Source of the DNA: Antedon mediterranea
Lineage: Eukaryota > Animalia > Echinodermata
DNA: 64,000 bases
Assembly (NCBI RefSeq): GCF_964355755.1
Contig: NC_092673.1
Span: 32,485,648-32,549,647 of the forward strand
Reading direction: 5' to 3'
Position 1 is the stretch's first letter. Every line of letters begins with the position of its first letter. The notes below the pieces were generated by a model. That model did no database searches and had not been told where the DNA came from. It saw only the letters and a list, made by a program, of their open reading frames with translations. Of the stretch, positions 25,807-39,087 are shown piece by piece. A program made the position numbers and the translations under genes.

Positions 25807-28800
25807 TTGCATTATTAACAAAAATGTACATAAAATAGAACAATGATAATTTATTGTATTTATCTTAAATAACTGACAAAACAGACATTTTAACCATTTA
25901 ACAACCTGTAGAACCTCTACGACCAACCAATCAGGGATTATTAAGGGATACCTTATTTGGTCCCGAAAGCGAAAGTTTTACTGTATTTACAGTTATATTG
26001 TATATAATGTTAAGGCCTGGTATCATTATTCAAAACGTTTCTTACGTCCTGATACGTATGAAATATGCGAGTGAGCCCTCTCTCTTGCATGTGTGCTGTG
26101 GCACAACATGTATGCATTGAAAAAGACAAGAAAATGGGTTCAACTACATTATGTTGGTTCAAATGAATAATACGTTTAATAAGGGGTTTATTATACATAT
26201 ATATTGCCATAATCTATGTAGAATAACTATATATTATAAGATCAATTATAAATCGTATTATAAATCTACTTTGATCATAATTAGGTACTTTGAGGTAAAA
26301 TTTGTTATTGTAAAAAAAACATATTTTATGAAATGAAATAAAAAAAAAAAAAAAAGAAAGAAAATATATTGATACAGCGTATAATTCGGCCCCCTGGTTT
26401 ACTCAAAATGTCAACTCTGACGATATATTATTAAGTAGAGGGGTGTACAATACAGGAATTTGATTTTGTAAAGGACTTACAACTACATAAAATGCTCTTG
26501 TTATATGGGAACTTCACGTACATTGTTCTATAGAACCGTAGTTTGTATAAATATTATATTATTATAATAACATTGAAGTCATTAAAAACAAAAATGTATC
26601 GGTTATCCGACTGTTAATGTTCTTTTAATTAAAATAAAGATTACAATACAAGGAAATATTACAGTACAAAGTTGATGCTTCCTACAAAGAATGTTTTGAA
26701 CATTTTGTTTTTGATAAGTCGTGTACACTGCATAACAACACACTGACAGTAAAAAAAAAGACCAGATTCCAGAAAAGCCGCGTGAAAGTGTGGGGTACCT
26801 TTTCACATAAGTGGTAGGCATACTGCGTAATTAAATATGACTTGACAGCAGACATAAAATATTCACCCACGATTATGTCCTTTAAAGCTAGATACAGATC
26901 TCATTTCTTCTCATAACATTTAACTTCCTGTTATTATTATTATTATTTTTCTTTTTTATAAATTTTTTTATTAACTGTATTTGTATTGTATTTAAATTTG
27001 TATCCGTTTTTGTCGACAGGGCCTCAATGCAAAACAGGTATATTTCTACTTGATTGTGTATAAATATGTTGTTAAATAAATAAATACAATAAATAAAACA
27101 TCTTATTATCATTGCACACATATAACGATGACGTACGTGATGTAGGCCTATAATATCGGTAACTCTACAAACACAATTTATGGCACATATATGAGATGGA
27201 GTAAGGGCGACAGACCCTGTAATAAAGCAGGCCTGTAAAACATTGTTTACTGCGAACAAGATCAGTGACAGGGAAAAATTAATAAGTGTACAGGCCAACC
27301 GCACCAACCACCACTAAATGCTAAAGTTTGCTGCGTTCACGGATATACAAAGTATACAAACTTTAAAAACAACATCAATCTTACGATATATAAAATTATG
27401 TAAGTTAACCGATGTGAAGGTGTAGAAAAGTAAATACAATAATAACATAAGAAAAGAAACAAAATGATTATAAAACTAAATATGAGTTTAATGAGGGTGG
27501 CGTAAACACACAAAAAAACCTCTCCAAAACGTTAGAGACAGTTTATGCAAGGAAAGAGTGAAAGTTTAAATGCGTGCGCGTTCAAATGTCGATGACGGGG
27601 ATCTTTTGTAACACGCGGACGAACAAGTCAAGTTTTTTTTTGTAAGCTGGTACCTGCGCATGCGTCGTTGGAAAAACAACTGTATACACCTTTGTTGTTC
27701 GATGTCTCCTATATGAAATATAATCTATATCCAATTTTGTTTACGTCTGAAAGTTTCTTAAGTATTCGTAAACTAATCACTCTTTTATTGCAAAGCCTTC
27801 TGGCAATCGTGAAATCTTTAACATCCTGTAGTGAGATATATTATAGCAAACGTTAAACGCGCCCCATTTAACTTTTAGTTGTAAACACCCATTCGAAGCT
27901 TTATCAGCGTGAAATTGCAACAAAAAAGATCATTTCCGATTCAAATTTTCGTGTTTCTTTGCCTCTAATAACCCTTAGGCAAAATGCAACAATTGCATAA
28001 ATGGTTTAGTCATTCGAAATAATATACGTTACACACCCCTTGTGTTAACTTGTCGACATTGTATAAATTATAACGTTATACTATAATTAACGAATACGTG
28101 CCTTGTTGTATCTATTCGATATCATCATTCGAAGTGTGTGCGTCGTGGAAACGGACACTTTAATTACTACAGACACTTAAAGGGGTTATTTATTTATTTA
28201 TTCACGCCTTTGAAATACAAATATCTAGAATTGCGTGGATAAATTGTTATCGGTATCTCGCCCTTGTACCGAGATGTTTTTCAGTAGCACGCATTTAAGC
28301 TTATTGTTCTCACTAATTAGATGCACACAATGAAGTACGTAAGCGCAGCGCAAGTGATCTTGCCAATCACAAATGATGGATTATAAAGAAACAATATATC
28401 TTTGTGAAAACAACATTTGCAAAATATTTCTAACTTAGACATATCCCATATTCATCATCTTGTATCTTTATCGTTTCATTAATTAATTACATTTCCGTAT
28501 ATTCTGTGCCTGTGATGTATACATATATCATAGTACCGGTACGTACATTTTTATAATATATTTGTAAATTTATATTTTAAGTTAAGGGTGCCACAGATTA
28601 AAAGGTTTGCTTGCTTGTGGTTATCCTGTTTTTCACACTATTGTACTTTATTTTCTTTTTTTATTTTAAATATGTTTTTATGAATTTTGTGTGAAAAATA
28701 AAGAATACTCAATCAATCAATCAATCAATCAAACTGTTGCTTGTCATTGGTCAAGTCGTTTCAGTTGTGGAGCCAACTTTTAGACATAATGTTTACACGA

Positions 28801-29301
28801 TTGGCGTAAATACGACATGCCTCTTTAAAAAGACTATTAGAAATTGGCGCGAGTCCTCACCCGGTATTAAATTGACCAACGAGTTTGACAATCGTTGAGA
28901 TATTTAAATTCCCTTGTTTAATATCGTTTAGAACACGAACTAGTATAAAAACAGTTCAATCGTGGCGAAATTGATGTCATTTACCTGAAGGACGGATGGA
29001 CGCCAAACGTCCAGGTTCATTTTGTTTTACATCATTATATAGGTTGACCAGTGATAGTCTTCATCAACAGAATATTAAACGTCATCAAAACTCAATTACA
29101 GATTGTGATAAGCTAAATATTAATAATATAGTACGGTATTCAGTTTCTTGTCATTGTCATTGTTGTTATAACTTAGATTAGCTAATCAAGAAGATAACGA
29201 AAAAGTTTAGACCAATCAAAATTCCGACGCTCGATTACGCGCGCGTAGTATTCACGTCTACTAATTATGTTTATTTCAATACTATTGTATGATCGTGGTC
29301 A

Positions 29302-29401
29302 TTTAGCCATATACATGGCTGCAGTCGCGTGCTCAAGTTAGTGTTTACCGACCAACCGACCGACATAGTGAGCTGTAGAGTCGCGTTGCACGTGACTAAA
29401 A
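29302..29401 (-). mobile_element. Helentron-associated (DINE-1/HINE-like) short element
   Basis: Reverse complement of the 60741 element: ttttagtcacgtgcaacgcgactctacagctcactatgtcggtcgg..., with a subterminal palindrome and a GTCG microsatellite. Confidence 0.6.
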
Positions 29402-30334
29402 TCCCAAAGGTGGCAAACAACCATGGAATAAAATCCAACACAATATAAGATAAAAATAAATATTCATATGAATAATAAACTACTATAAACATAAAAAAAT
29501 ATATCATAATTTCGTTAATTAGAAATAAGACTGTTTTGCATTCATTGCATTAACATCTTTCTATAAATTGACGTACGATGATTATTATAAAAATTTTTCC
29601 AAATAATTATTATTAGGCCAATAGTTATTATCAAATATGGATTAAAATACCGTGCCCATTCTATGCTCTCCCAATTAACTTTGGAATTTTTAGATGATTA
29701 CAAACTCGTTTTTGCGTACGCCCTATTACACCCCTTTTGTGGGGCCACACGGGCAAACCGAGGTCCAATATTTTCCGCTTTTAACCCTTTTGTTCACACA
29801 AGAGGCCAGCGCACTCCGGGGTGTTTTTCTTTGGCTCGCTATTGACTCCGATAGCAGTGGTACATATTTTCTTTATACTAATAACTTAAGACACGTTTAA
29901 ATATTGTATTGAGATCAACAGCTTGAACAATAGTATAAGTCTGTATAACTCCTGTGGCGTGCGATGGTGTAGAAGTTGAAGTGGTCGTAGAAAAATAGCT
30001 AATGGCATATGTGTAAAGATTTTTCCGTTTACACTCATTTGGTGAGAATAATATAATCCTGTGATACAAAGAATGTAATGTAAACCGCGCAAGGTCGGTT
30101 GTACTGTGCTCTTACGATAAACAAAAATATTGATTCATAAATTATTTTGAAGTGAATTGCAGAAAGATCAAGTGAAGCTAAAGGAACAACGGTAAAAAAT
30201 AACAGAAGATTGTAGCCAATAGTACATAGTTCATATCCATATTATTTCTTAAATGACACACTGGGTAGTGAAGAACATGGCACAATGCAGTATGAGTGCA
30301 ATATCAAAGTATCAGTATATTTATAACAAATCTT

Positions 30335-30456
30335 AAGTTCTTTCTACACTATAAAACTTAATGTGACAAAAAAATGTGCCAATATATGGACATGATGATG
30401 TCAAATCACTATACCATTTTGGCATATCACTACCTTATTTGGGCACATCACACTTT
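30335..30456. mobile_element. Same AGCTCTGTCTACAC MITE family, partial
   Basis: Left TIR plus catatcactacc..tttgggcacatcac core. Confidence 0.7.
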
Positions 30457-32227
30457 AGATAATAACAATATCAATTCTCCTTAAAGATTGGCATATATTT
30501 ACGACAAAAAACAGATATATATAAAATAAACACTAAATTTAAATATAGAATACACACAAATTATTGCACAAAAACTGAAGTTTAAAAAGCGGTTATTTTT
30601 TTGTCTTGTGTGGGTTCGTCCCACTTTTATTATAGTTCTATAAATATAAATAATATATGTATATAATATGCACATTTATATAATTCTCTTATTTATAAGG
30701 TACATTGTTAAAAAATACATATCTTTTGAACAGTATATACATAAGGCTAAGATTATTTTGATGTTAAGAAGTAACCACATTTACATTCATATACATTTTT
30801 AAAAATACAATTAATTAAAATATGTCGATGGCAGTAAACTGACGATAAAAATTGATTTAAAAAAAAAACGTACTTATGAAAAAGTTATTATTGTTTTTTA
30901 TTCTGTTCGTGTCCATTGTCTGGGTAGAGAGGCTATAAACTATATAACTAAACTATAAAAAAAGCGGTTATAATGTGGAAGCTAAAAGTTAAAATACGAT
31001 AAAATGCATAAAACGCTTATAAATTATTAAACATTAGATTAAAACCAACAAACTAGTTTTACTATTGAAAATAGTTTTGAACAAAGAACAGTATATTTAG
31101 AAAAGCAACATTTATTGCGATGTATTTCCGAAATATATGAAAACGACGTGTCAGAATTGGGAAATCCATAGATTTACTGGACACCCAAATTATCGTTGGC
31201 CTCAGCCATTGCCATATAACTTTCATAGGCTTGCCATTGGGTTTAATCCCTTTTTGATTTGAAAAAAAATGAACTTTATATTATAACGCAAGTCATGATA
31301 TTTATAAAGATAAATCCTTCGTCCTATTTTCATCTTATTTTCATCATTAATATTATACACTTCAAACATTATTTGTAACTTCCCTGAGTCATCGGCTCGC
31401 CGCATAAATGTTATATTAAGTTTGGGTTGATTAAAAAAAATCAAAACCTTGATTGAAAATTAAATTGGTATAATTCTAAAATTTTTTCTCGATTATTCGT
31501 AATTATATTGATCTACGTCAGATGTGAAATATCCTCATCTGAAATGCATAAAACCCACATTAGGCCTGGCATTACCGGCGTATGTGTGTTGGGGGAATTT
31601 TGATATTATACACCTCTAAATTGTTTTCCGGCCTAGATATAATGGGTCTATAAATCGACCATATTATCCTTAATACAGCGTGGTATTGCTATTTAAATTC
31701 TCCTTCCCTCAGCCATCGTTATCACAACCACAGATAACCATAATAATTATGCCAATAATTATTTTTATTATAGTCTAATTGTTAGTAATAAGTCTAATAA
31801 TTGGCATAAATATTTCCAATCAGTTTCGTTATACCGGAATGATGATGAAGTTTCCAGCTCATTGGCAACCAAATTTGGAATTTAAACGGGATTTCGATGG
31901 AATAATTTCATCATTAAAAGAATCACGTGGTAATGTTCCATGTAATATTGCTTCTCTTTTCCTAGCAGATGGATCCCAAAAAGAAAAAAAAAGGTTCATT
32001 GTCGGCAAAGTTCTCATTACCCTATTTTTTTTCTAAAGTAGGATACATATTTCATTTCTTTCATTTTAAAATAATTTTTTTAAACAGCCTTTTTTTCCAC
32101 GACACCTTAATTTGTTGGTCATTGAAAAAACAAAAGTAGGTTCACATTTGACTCTATATTGGAAATGACTAAAATAAATAAAGAAAAATAAAAAATTCAA
32201 GATTTTTCACGTATCACACATTTGCTG

Positions 32228-32358
32228 TCAAACTTTGTGAAAAAAATATGTGATGTGCCCATATATGAACATGATGTCGTCATAGCACTACCATATTTAA
32301 GCATATCACTAACATATTTGGGCACATCACACTTTGTTGATAGTGTAGACAGAGCTTA
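32228..32358. mobile_element. Same AGCTCTGTCTACAC MITE family
   Basis: Core repeats and right TIR gatagtgtagacagagct followed by taa. Confidence 0.75.
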
Positions 32359-34026
32359 ATATTGTATTTTGAGTGGCAAACGATATTTAGTGTATAGCTG
32401 AAAGTTATTTAGAATTTACATTTGCCTATGCCAGATAAATGTATGAAATGCAACTTAATGAGTTTGAATATTGGTTTTATTAAAATAAAATATTATAATG
32501 CATTATGTAACAATAAACAATTTATCACGGACTTAAAACCAAATGTATTAATTGTGGAAGTAAAAAAAATTAAAATTTGTAATCAAGGTAACAGAAAAAC
32601 AGAGAAAAAAAAACGAAACAGCATGGACGGAGATAATAATTATAATAACAGAAAAACGAGATTTAGGGAAAACATTTAAACAACATTTTTACCAAAAACC
32701 TTAAAATAAATAATTGTTCTTATCTGCAATAGGCCTATATGATTTACTCACTATGAAAATATAATTAAAAAATATTATTATTTCACTTAAAAATGTATAT
32801 TTACATACAAAATAGAGGGAAGTTAAGATCTAAATTCCTGTTGGCAAATCTAGCGAAGTGTTGAATGGGGACCGGTGCCCTGTGGGGTTCAAATAGAATA
32901 ATCCGATGTTCTAAGTGCTTACATAAATTTTGATGAAATTTAAAAGGAGACGTGCTTTCATAGTTAACACCTTTTGCCATACCCTATAACCAATCTACCA
33001 AGTTGTTTACAACGCTGATGCCTACTCATCTCGAGCGTCACTAACTCCATTTATACAAAAGTCAAACCACTCGTTGATATTAACACGCAGACGGTCGTTT
33101 ATTATTCGTCACAAATCGTACGAAAAGAATAACATAATTGGTGATTTTTATCGCTAATTTATTATACGACTCGATGCATTGGTATGGCTGAATACAAAGG
33201 CAAATTATAATTATCGATTCTTTTTATTTTAATTGCAAGATTTTAGTTGACTTTAAATCAATCAACTGTGGAAAGTAAAATATCATATTCAATGATGTTA
33301 TTACATGGATGGTACGTCAGTACGGTCATGAACTATACCGCGTTTACACGGAAATTCAGTAATCTATTTTTAATGAAATGTTATAAAAGTTTTTAATTTT
33401 CTGAAACGTTTTTCTTTAAATTCGATTTAACTTTTTCGTTACCTATCCTATTCATTAAATGATGCAAAAATATTTGCAATTGAATTAAAACTAAATCAAT
33501 AATTATAGGCATTCATATTAATTAACAGTTTCTTTAAAATGTTTAAAATACATATTCAATAATAATAATATAATTATCATATTCAATAAAATTATTACAC
33601 GCCATGAACTACCGCGTTTACACGGAAATTCAAATAGTAATCTATTCTTTAATATAATTTTATAAACATTTTTATTTTTCTGAGGAAATGTTTTACTTTT
33701 AATTCGTGTTCGATTTGTTGGCACTGTACCTATTCTGTATATATATCATATATTATTAAATAAACTCTTTGGATAGACTTTGGATAGAATAGTAAAATTA
33801 TCAAGAATAATTATAAAAGGAGAATCCTCCCGGCAAATGAAGAATTTACGCGCATACGCCATTCGTATAATTTCTTCTAAAAAACAAATACTTTCGTTTT
33901 ATTATATCTATTTAACTAATTTAATTTTCGAATGACATTAACAGTTTTAAAACGTTTAGCATTATTGATCAAAGGTTTCCTTGAAATGTTCATAATAATA
34001 TACCGCCCTCTAGACTATCTTTCGTC

Positions 34027-34412
34027 AGAATGGTTTTGCCGAAGGAATTATTGCTTTCACGATTCGATCAAATAACTCAAAAAGATTTGTCAAAAAAATA
34101 AATAATAAATAAAGCTAATGAATTATTTTTCAATTTTAAAACAAAAAACCAACGATATTTTATCATGCTGAATTTGAATTGATAGGCCCATAAGTATAGA
34201 GCATTAGCATTTAGTAAACATATCATAGAATGGTTTTGCCGAACGAATTATTGCTTTCACGATTCGATCAAAAAACTCAAAAAGATTTGTCAAAAAAATA
34301 AATAATAAATCAAGCTAATTATATTTCAATTTGAAAAACAAAAACCAACGATATTTTATCATGTTGAATTTTAACTGATAGGCCATTATAAATATAGAGT
34401 ATTAGCATTATA
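34027..34412. repeat. ~200-bp tandem duplication
   Basis: agaatggttttgccgaa...tagagYattagcatt occurs twice. Confidence 0.9.
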
Positions 34413-36019
34413 CTTATCATAGAGTGATAACATAATTATGTTTGTCAATATTTTCCAATTTTTTATTATCAGATTTTTAAATAATTAGAAATAAAAATTA
34501 AAAAGCAATTGTTGAAGAACCTATCTATATATACAGTCCATCTTTAACATGATGATTATGTATATAAAACAATTAATTATAGATACAAAAATAGATAGGC
34601 CTACTTTATTATCATGAGTTGTTCGCGCGCGTTAGGTAGTTTCAATTTTTACGCGCGTGTAATTAGTATCACAGTTTGTACGCGCGCGTCAAGTAGTATC
34701 AGTACGACTATTGCAAATCAACGTATCGAAATGTCGGTCGGGTCGGGGCTTTCTGGGTGATAATATTTAAAAAATCATCGCGCCTCCAGAGTATACAATT
34801 AACAAACGATATGTTTGACAATATTCAGCAATCAGTATTTGAAATTTTTCGTTCATTTTTTATGAAGTAAATCTAATAGCAGATGTGTGGTGTTTATTCT
34901 AAGACTGAACTCCCTCATGGCAACACTCGTTTTTTATCACCAAGTGCCAAAATATAGGATTACATAGCGCGAGAGAGTAGCCCACATTTCTCGTTCAGTT
35001 CGATATATTGCAAAATAAGTTATTGTAAATGCCGATTATAATATTGAATAAAACATGATAAAAATGATCGACTTAATTTCCGTAGAGATAGTTCGTTAGA
35101 ATTCTGAACTTCATTATGATATTATTTTATATAAAAAATATACGTAATCAATAATTGTTGAGAAATATATGTATAACTCTGACGTCATTTTAAAGACTAA
35201 CACTTATTACATTTTATACTAATTGCAAACGTTGTCTCGAGGGTGGACCAATTATTGTTTGCAAGACATTTTTCTACAGGAGTCTCTGAAGCAAAAATAA
35301 GCAATAATTATAAGAATATGTTTTCCGAAAGCTTGGCAAGAGAATCTTTTCGCATTATTTATCGTATGAAAAATCAACGAAATTACAATAAGTAATAAGT
35401 AAAGGTGGGTGTTTCCTCGAAAGAAAAAGTGTAACATAGCGTTACACATACACGCTTTGAACCCCGCCGACGGCAAACTTAACTACCGCAACTTAGGCTA
35501 CCATCAAAGGTGTTTCGTATTGTTTTCTTATTAAGTTTTAACGATTTTCTCATTAACGTTAATAACATTTTAATTTACCCAAGATCGGTTCGGATCTAAC
35601 GTATGTGTTCCGCAAATTCGTTGGATCAAGGAATTAAATGAAATGATACCGACGGTAATCGTGGTAAATACTTCTAATTGTGTAACTGATGCTACTTTTG
35701 TGTATAATAAGTATTTCAAATAGGTGAGATCGCATTGTATCAAATAAGCAGTGTATTTTGTCGGTAGGTTCTAAGAGACGTAGAATAAAGACAACACTTA
35801 ACACGTTTAAATAATCGAATTACAGAAGTCAGAATTAATTAATTTAATCGTTCCATCTTTACTAAGAAGTAAAGGATGTGACGTATTGCTTTGAAGAAAA
35901 ACACCAGTCATTGAATTTACCTAGCTATGCTTTTCTATCTTGATCTTTTATTTATTTTATGTGGAGCAATAAAAATGAATGAAAAATGAATGTAGGCCTA
36001 CAGAAATTATTTTGGACCG

Positions 36020-36270
36020 GAGTTAACCAATTTTTGTTTACACTTTACACATATAGAACCGGAAAAACTACGGATCTAAAGCTGAAATATTTACTTGTAT
36101 GGAATACTTGATTTGGGAAGAGTTAAATTTTACTCTTCCTGCTGTAGAGGCTTAACCAATGTTTGTTTAGACTTGGATATAGAACCGTAAACACTATAGG
36201 ATCTAAGCTGAAATATTGACTTGTGAATGGAATACTTTATTCAGAGAAGAGTAAAATTGCACTCTTCAAT
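36020..36270. repeat. ~125-bp tandem duplication
   Basis: ttaaccaat...atatagaaccg...ggatcta..agctgaaatatt...actcttc occurs twice. Confidence 0.8.
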
Positions 36271-36809
36271 TCCTGCTTTAATAATTGCGGATCCAAGTCC
36301 TAAATCTTAAATAACATAATATATAATATAATGCGACATTTATATAGCGCTATTTCGTAAAGATCAGAGCCCTTTGAGTGTTTGTGAATTTATTATAACT
36401 TATCTAGACTCTGAAGAGGAAATAATCAAAGACAACCCGTTAATGACAATAAAAAAAAAATAAAACAACAAAGATGATTCAAACACCAGCGCACTTTCCC
36501 CTGCAATTTAAGGCGCAAGGCCCGCCTGGACAATATTCACAGTGGTCATAGTGGTGTTTGGCGTATAACACAAGAGATGTACGACATCTGAAAGAAATGT
36601 TGTTCTTCAAATAGTAATTGGTTCATAGTTCAATCATCAACGTATAATTAGACCACCACAGTTGGCCTAGTTAATAACCAGCGATTTAATATCACAATTC
36701 GCGTCAATATTCCTACAAAACTATCATTATTCCAATTGAATTATATTGTTATGAGTTGTGTAAATATTTATTGAACGCATTATATTGTTCTAAACGGCCC
36801 ATGATAATC

Positions 36810-37100
36810 ATTGATCAATTTCACCTGTTTATCATAATTATATAACTTTCTACAAGTTATAGATTATCGATTATCAATTATCAGCATCATTAAATATAGG
36901 CCTAGTTTATGAATATTGATAAATTTCACCTGTTTATCACAATTCTCTAATTTTCAATAAGTATCAATTATCAACATTAAGTATAGTTCTAATTTAAAAT
37001 ATTGATCAATTTCCTCTGTTTATCATAATTTGAATTGTATAAAAACTGTTTAAATATCACTATTTATAGATTGTCAATTAATTATTAATAAAGTAGGCCT
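36810..37100. repeat. Degenerate ~100-bp tandem repeat x3
   Basis: attgatcaatttcacctgtttatcataatt and variants occur three times. Confidence 0.7.
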
Positions 37101-38952
37101 ACTTATTAATATTATTCAGTTACAACGTTACTTTCAATGACCTAACAAACTAGACTCCTCTCAACCACAACAATGTTGAACAAAACTAAATCTAATGCGC
37201 ATGATCAGAAATTATATAATCCTGATAATGAAATCTATCCATAAACGGAAATTCATCTAAAAGTATTAAATGTAATGTCAAAGTACCAAATTTAATTAAA
37301 TGTAAACCAAAATCATGTATAAAAATGAATATTTAGACCTACAAATAAAATGCGACGAGAAATATTATATCCTGAAGGCATAAACTTAAAGTGCTACTTA
37401 AAAGGTAAACAAAATTATAACAACATTATAATAGAAAGCGAGTCAATATCATTAAACAATAATTCTTTATAAAGAAATAACGTGCCGGTAATTAACTCCT
37501 TGCACAAGTAATTAAATTCACGTCGTGTTGATGATGTCATTGTGAAAAAAAAACTTTTATGAAAATATGCATGCTTCGGTTGAAATAAAAATGTAATGAT
37601 AAGATGGTTTATTATCCAAAAAATAGAAACAAATATGCTATATCTCGGTTTTGTAAAATTGAAGTGGAAATTTTGTCTTTGTCTTTTGCCACAGCACTCT
37701 GTCGATTCTATTATTGCTTGTTTTGAATGTTGTGCAAGTTTGTATATTTGCATAACGTTCACAATTTACAAGTTATCGTCCTGGATTTCTTTTTTTTTTG
37801 TGAATATATTATATATATATATATATTGATTATAAGGATATATTGGTTTTTTACTAAAAATATCGAGTTATCTGTATCTTCAACACGCGGCCGAAATATT
37901 AAAAAGCACGCCCTCAATTTTCCCCAAGTAGTTCCCTCAGAGAACGCTTAATTTATTCATTAATTATTTTTTATTGAATGGCCAATAAACACATTGTTAA
38001 AACTATCGGTTACAACGTTCTTTAATATGCAATTAAAAAAAATCTAAATCGTAACAAAAAATAAACAATTTAAGTAAACACAGAGAACAGATCAAGGAAA
38101 AGCTTATCTAATTAAGTTGGCATCGTCGGCACTCTTTGAGGAACATTTACCAATTCAATACCATCACAAAAAACCTAAAGAAGGCTGCGATGAGAAAAAG
38201 ACAGAACACAAACAAAAAAGAGCGGTGGGTTTAGACTTTACATAGTGTTTACAAAAGAACTAATCATGTTCCTTCAGTGTTTTAGTTACACAAGGCGATA
38301 ATCGGATAATTGTTTAACTAAGAATTCTATGTAGACGATTTAAGCTCTATTCATTTGCTGTAATGGATATCCTAAAGAAGGTGGCACAACAAAGGGTAGC
38401 ATTTAACCCACCCGGGTTATTTCACATGTTTCTGGGATCCCTGGGATAATGTACATTTCCATTGCTACTCGTCGATTAATGAAAACAATTATACAAATGA
38501 TTGGATCATGAACCAATAAATACATTTATAGGTCCATGATTGGAACATTCAATATTTAAAGATGCATTGTGAGCCCCCACCCTTCTAAGAAAAACATGAA
38601 TGATGCTTAACAAAATACCAGACTTTGCAGTTTTAAATTTAGATGAAAAAAACACACATAAAAAGACAAAATTAACAGTTAATTTTTAACCAAAAAGCCA
38701 TTGTCTGACAGAAAATGTGACTATAGATTTTGCTTAAAATCACATTTCTTCAGTTGAATAAATTTGGTTAATTAATTTTTTACGCCAACCATCATGCTCC
38801 AACCAAGCCTATAATTTTCCAAATATATCGCCTTAAACCAAAACCATAAACTAATATTGCAGCACCGATATATAATTCAACAAGTAACCTAGACTGAAAA
38901 GAGCAGTTTGCCAACCCGGTTACAGTACCACAAACGGATTAGAGCCGTTTAA

Positions 38953-39087
38953 AGCTCTGTCTACACTTTTAGTGTAGTTTGACAAAAAATATGGTAGTGA
39001 TATTCCCAAATATGGTAGTGATATGACATCATCATGTCAATATATGGGTACACATCACAAATAAAGTTTGATAGTGTAGACAGAGCT
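38953..39087. mobile_element. Same AGCTCTGTCTACAC MITE family, full length, inverted orientation
   Basis: agctctgtctacact...agtgtagacagagct perfect TIRs. Confidence 0.85.

Noticed and set aside
34804-34853. miR-190-like sequence gatatgtttgac
   Set aside because: Only a partial match, the hairpin is weak, and there is no talin host gene.
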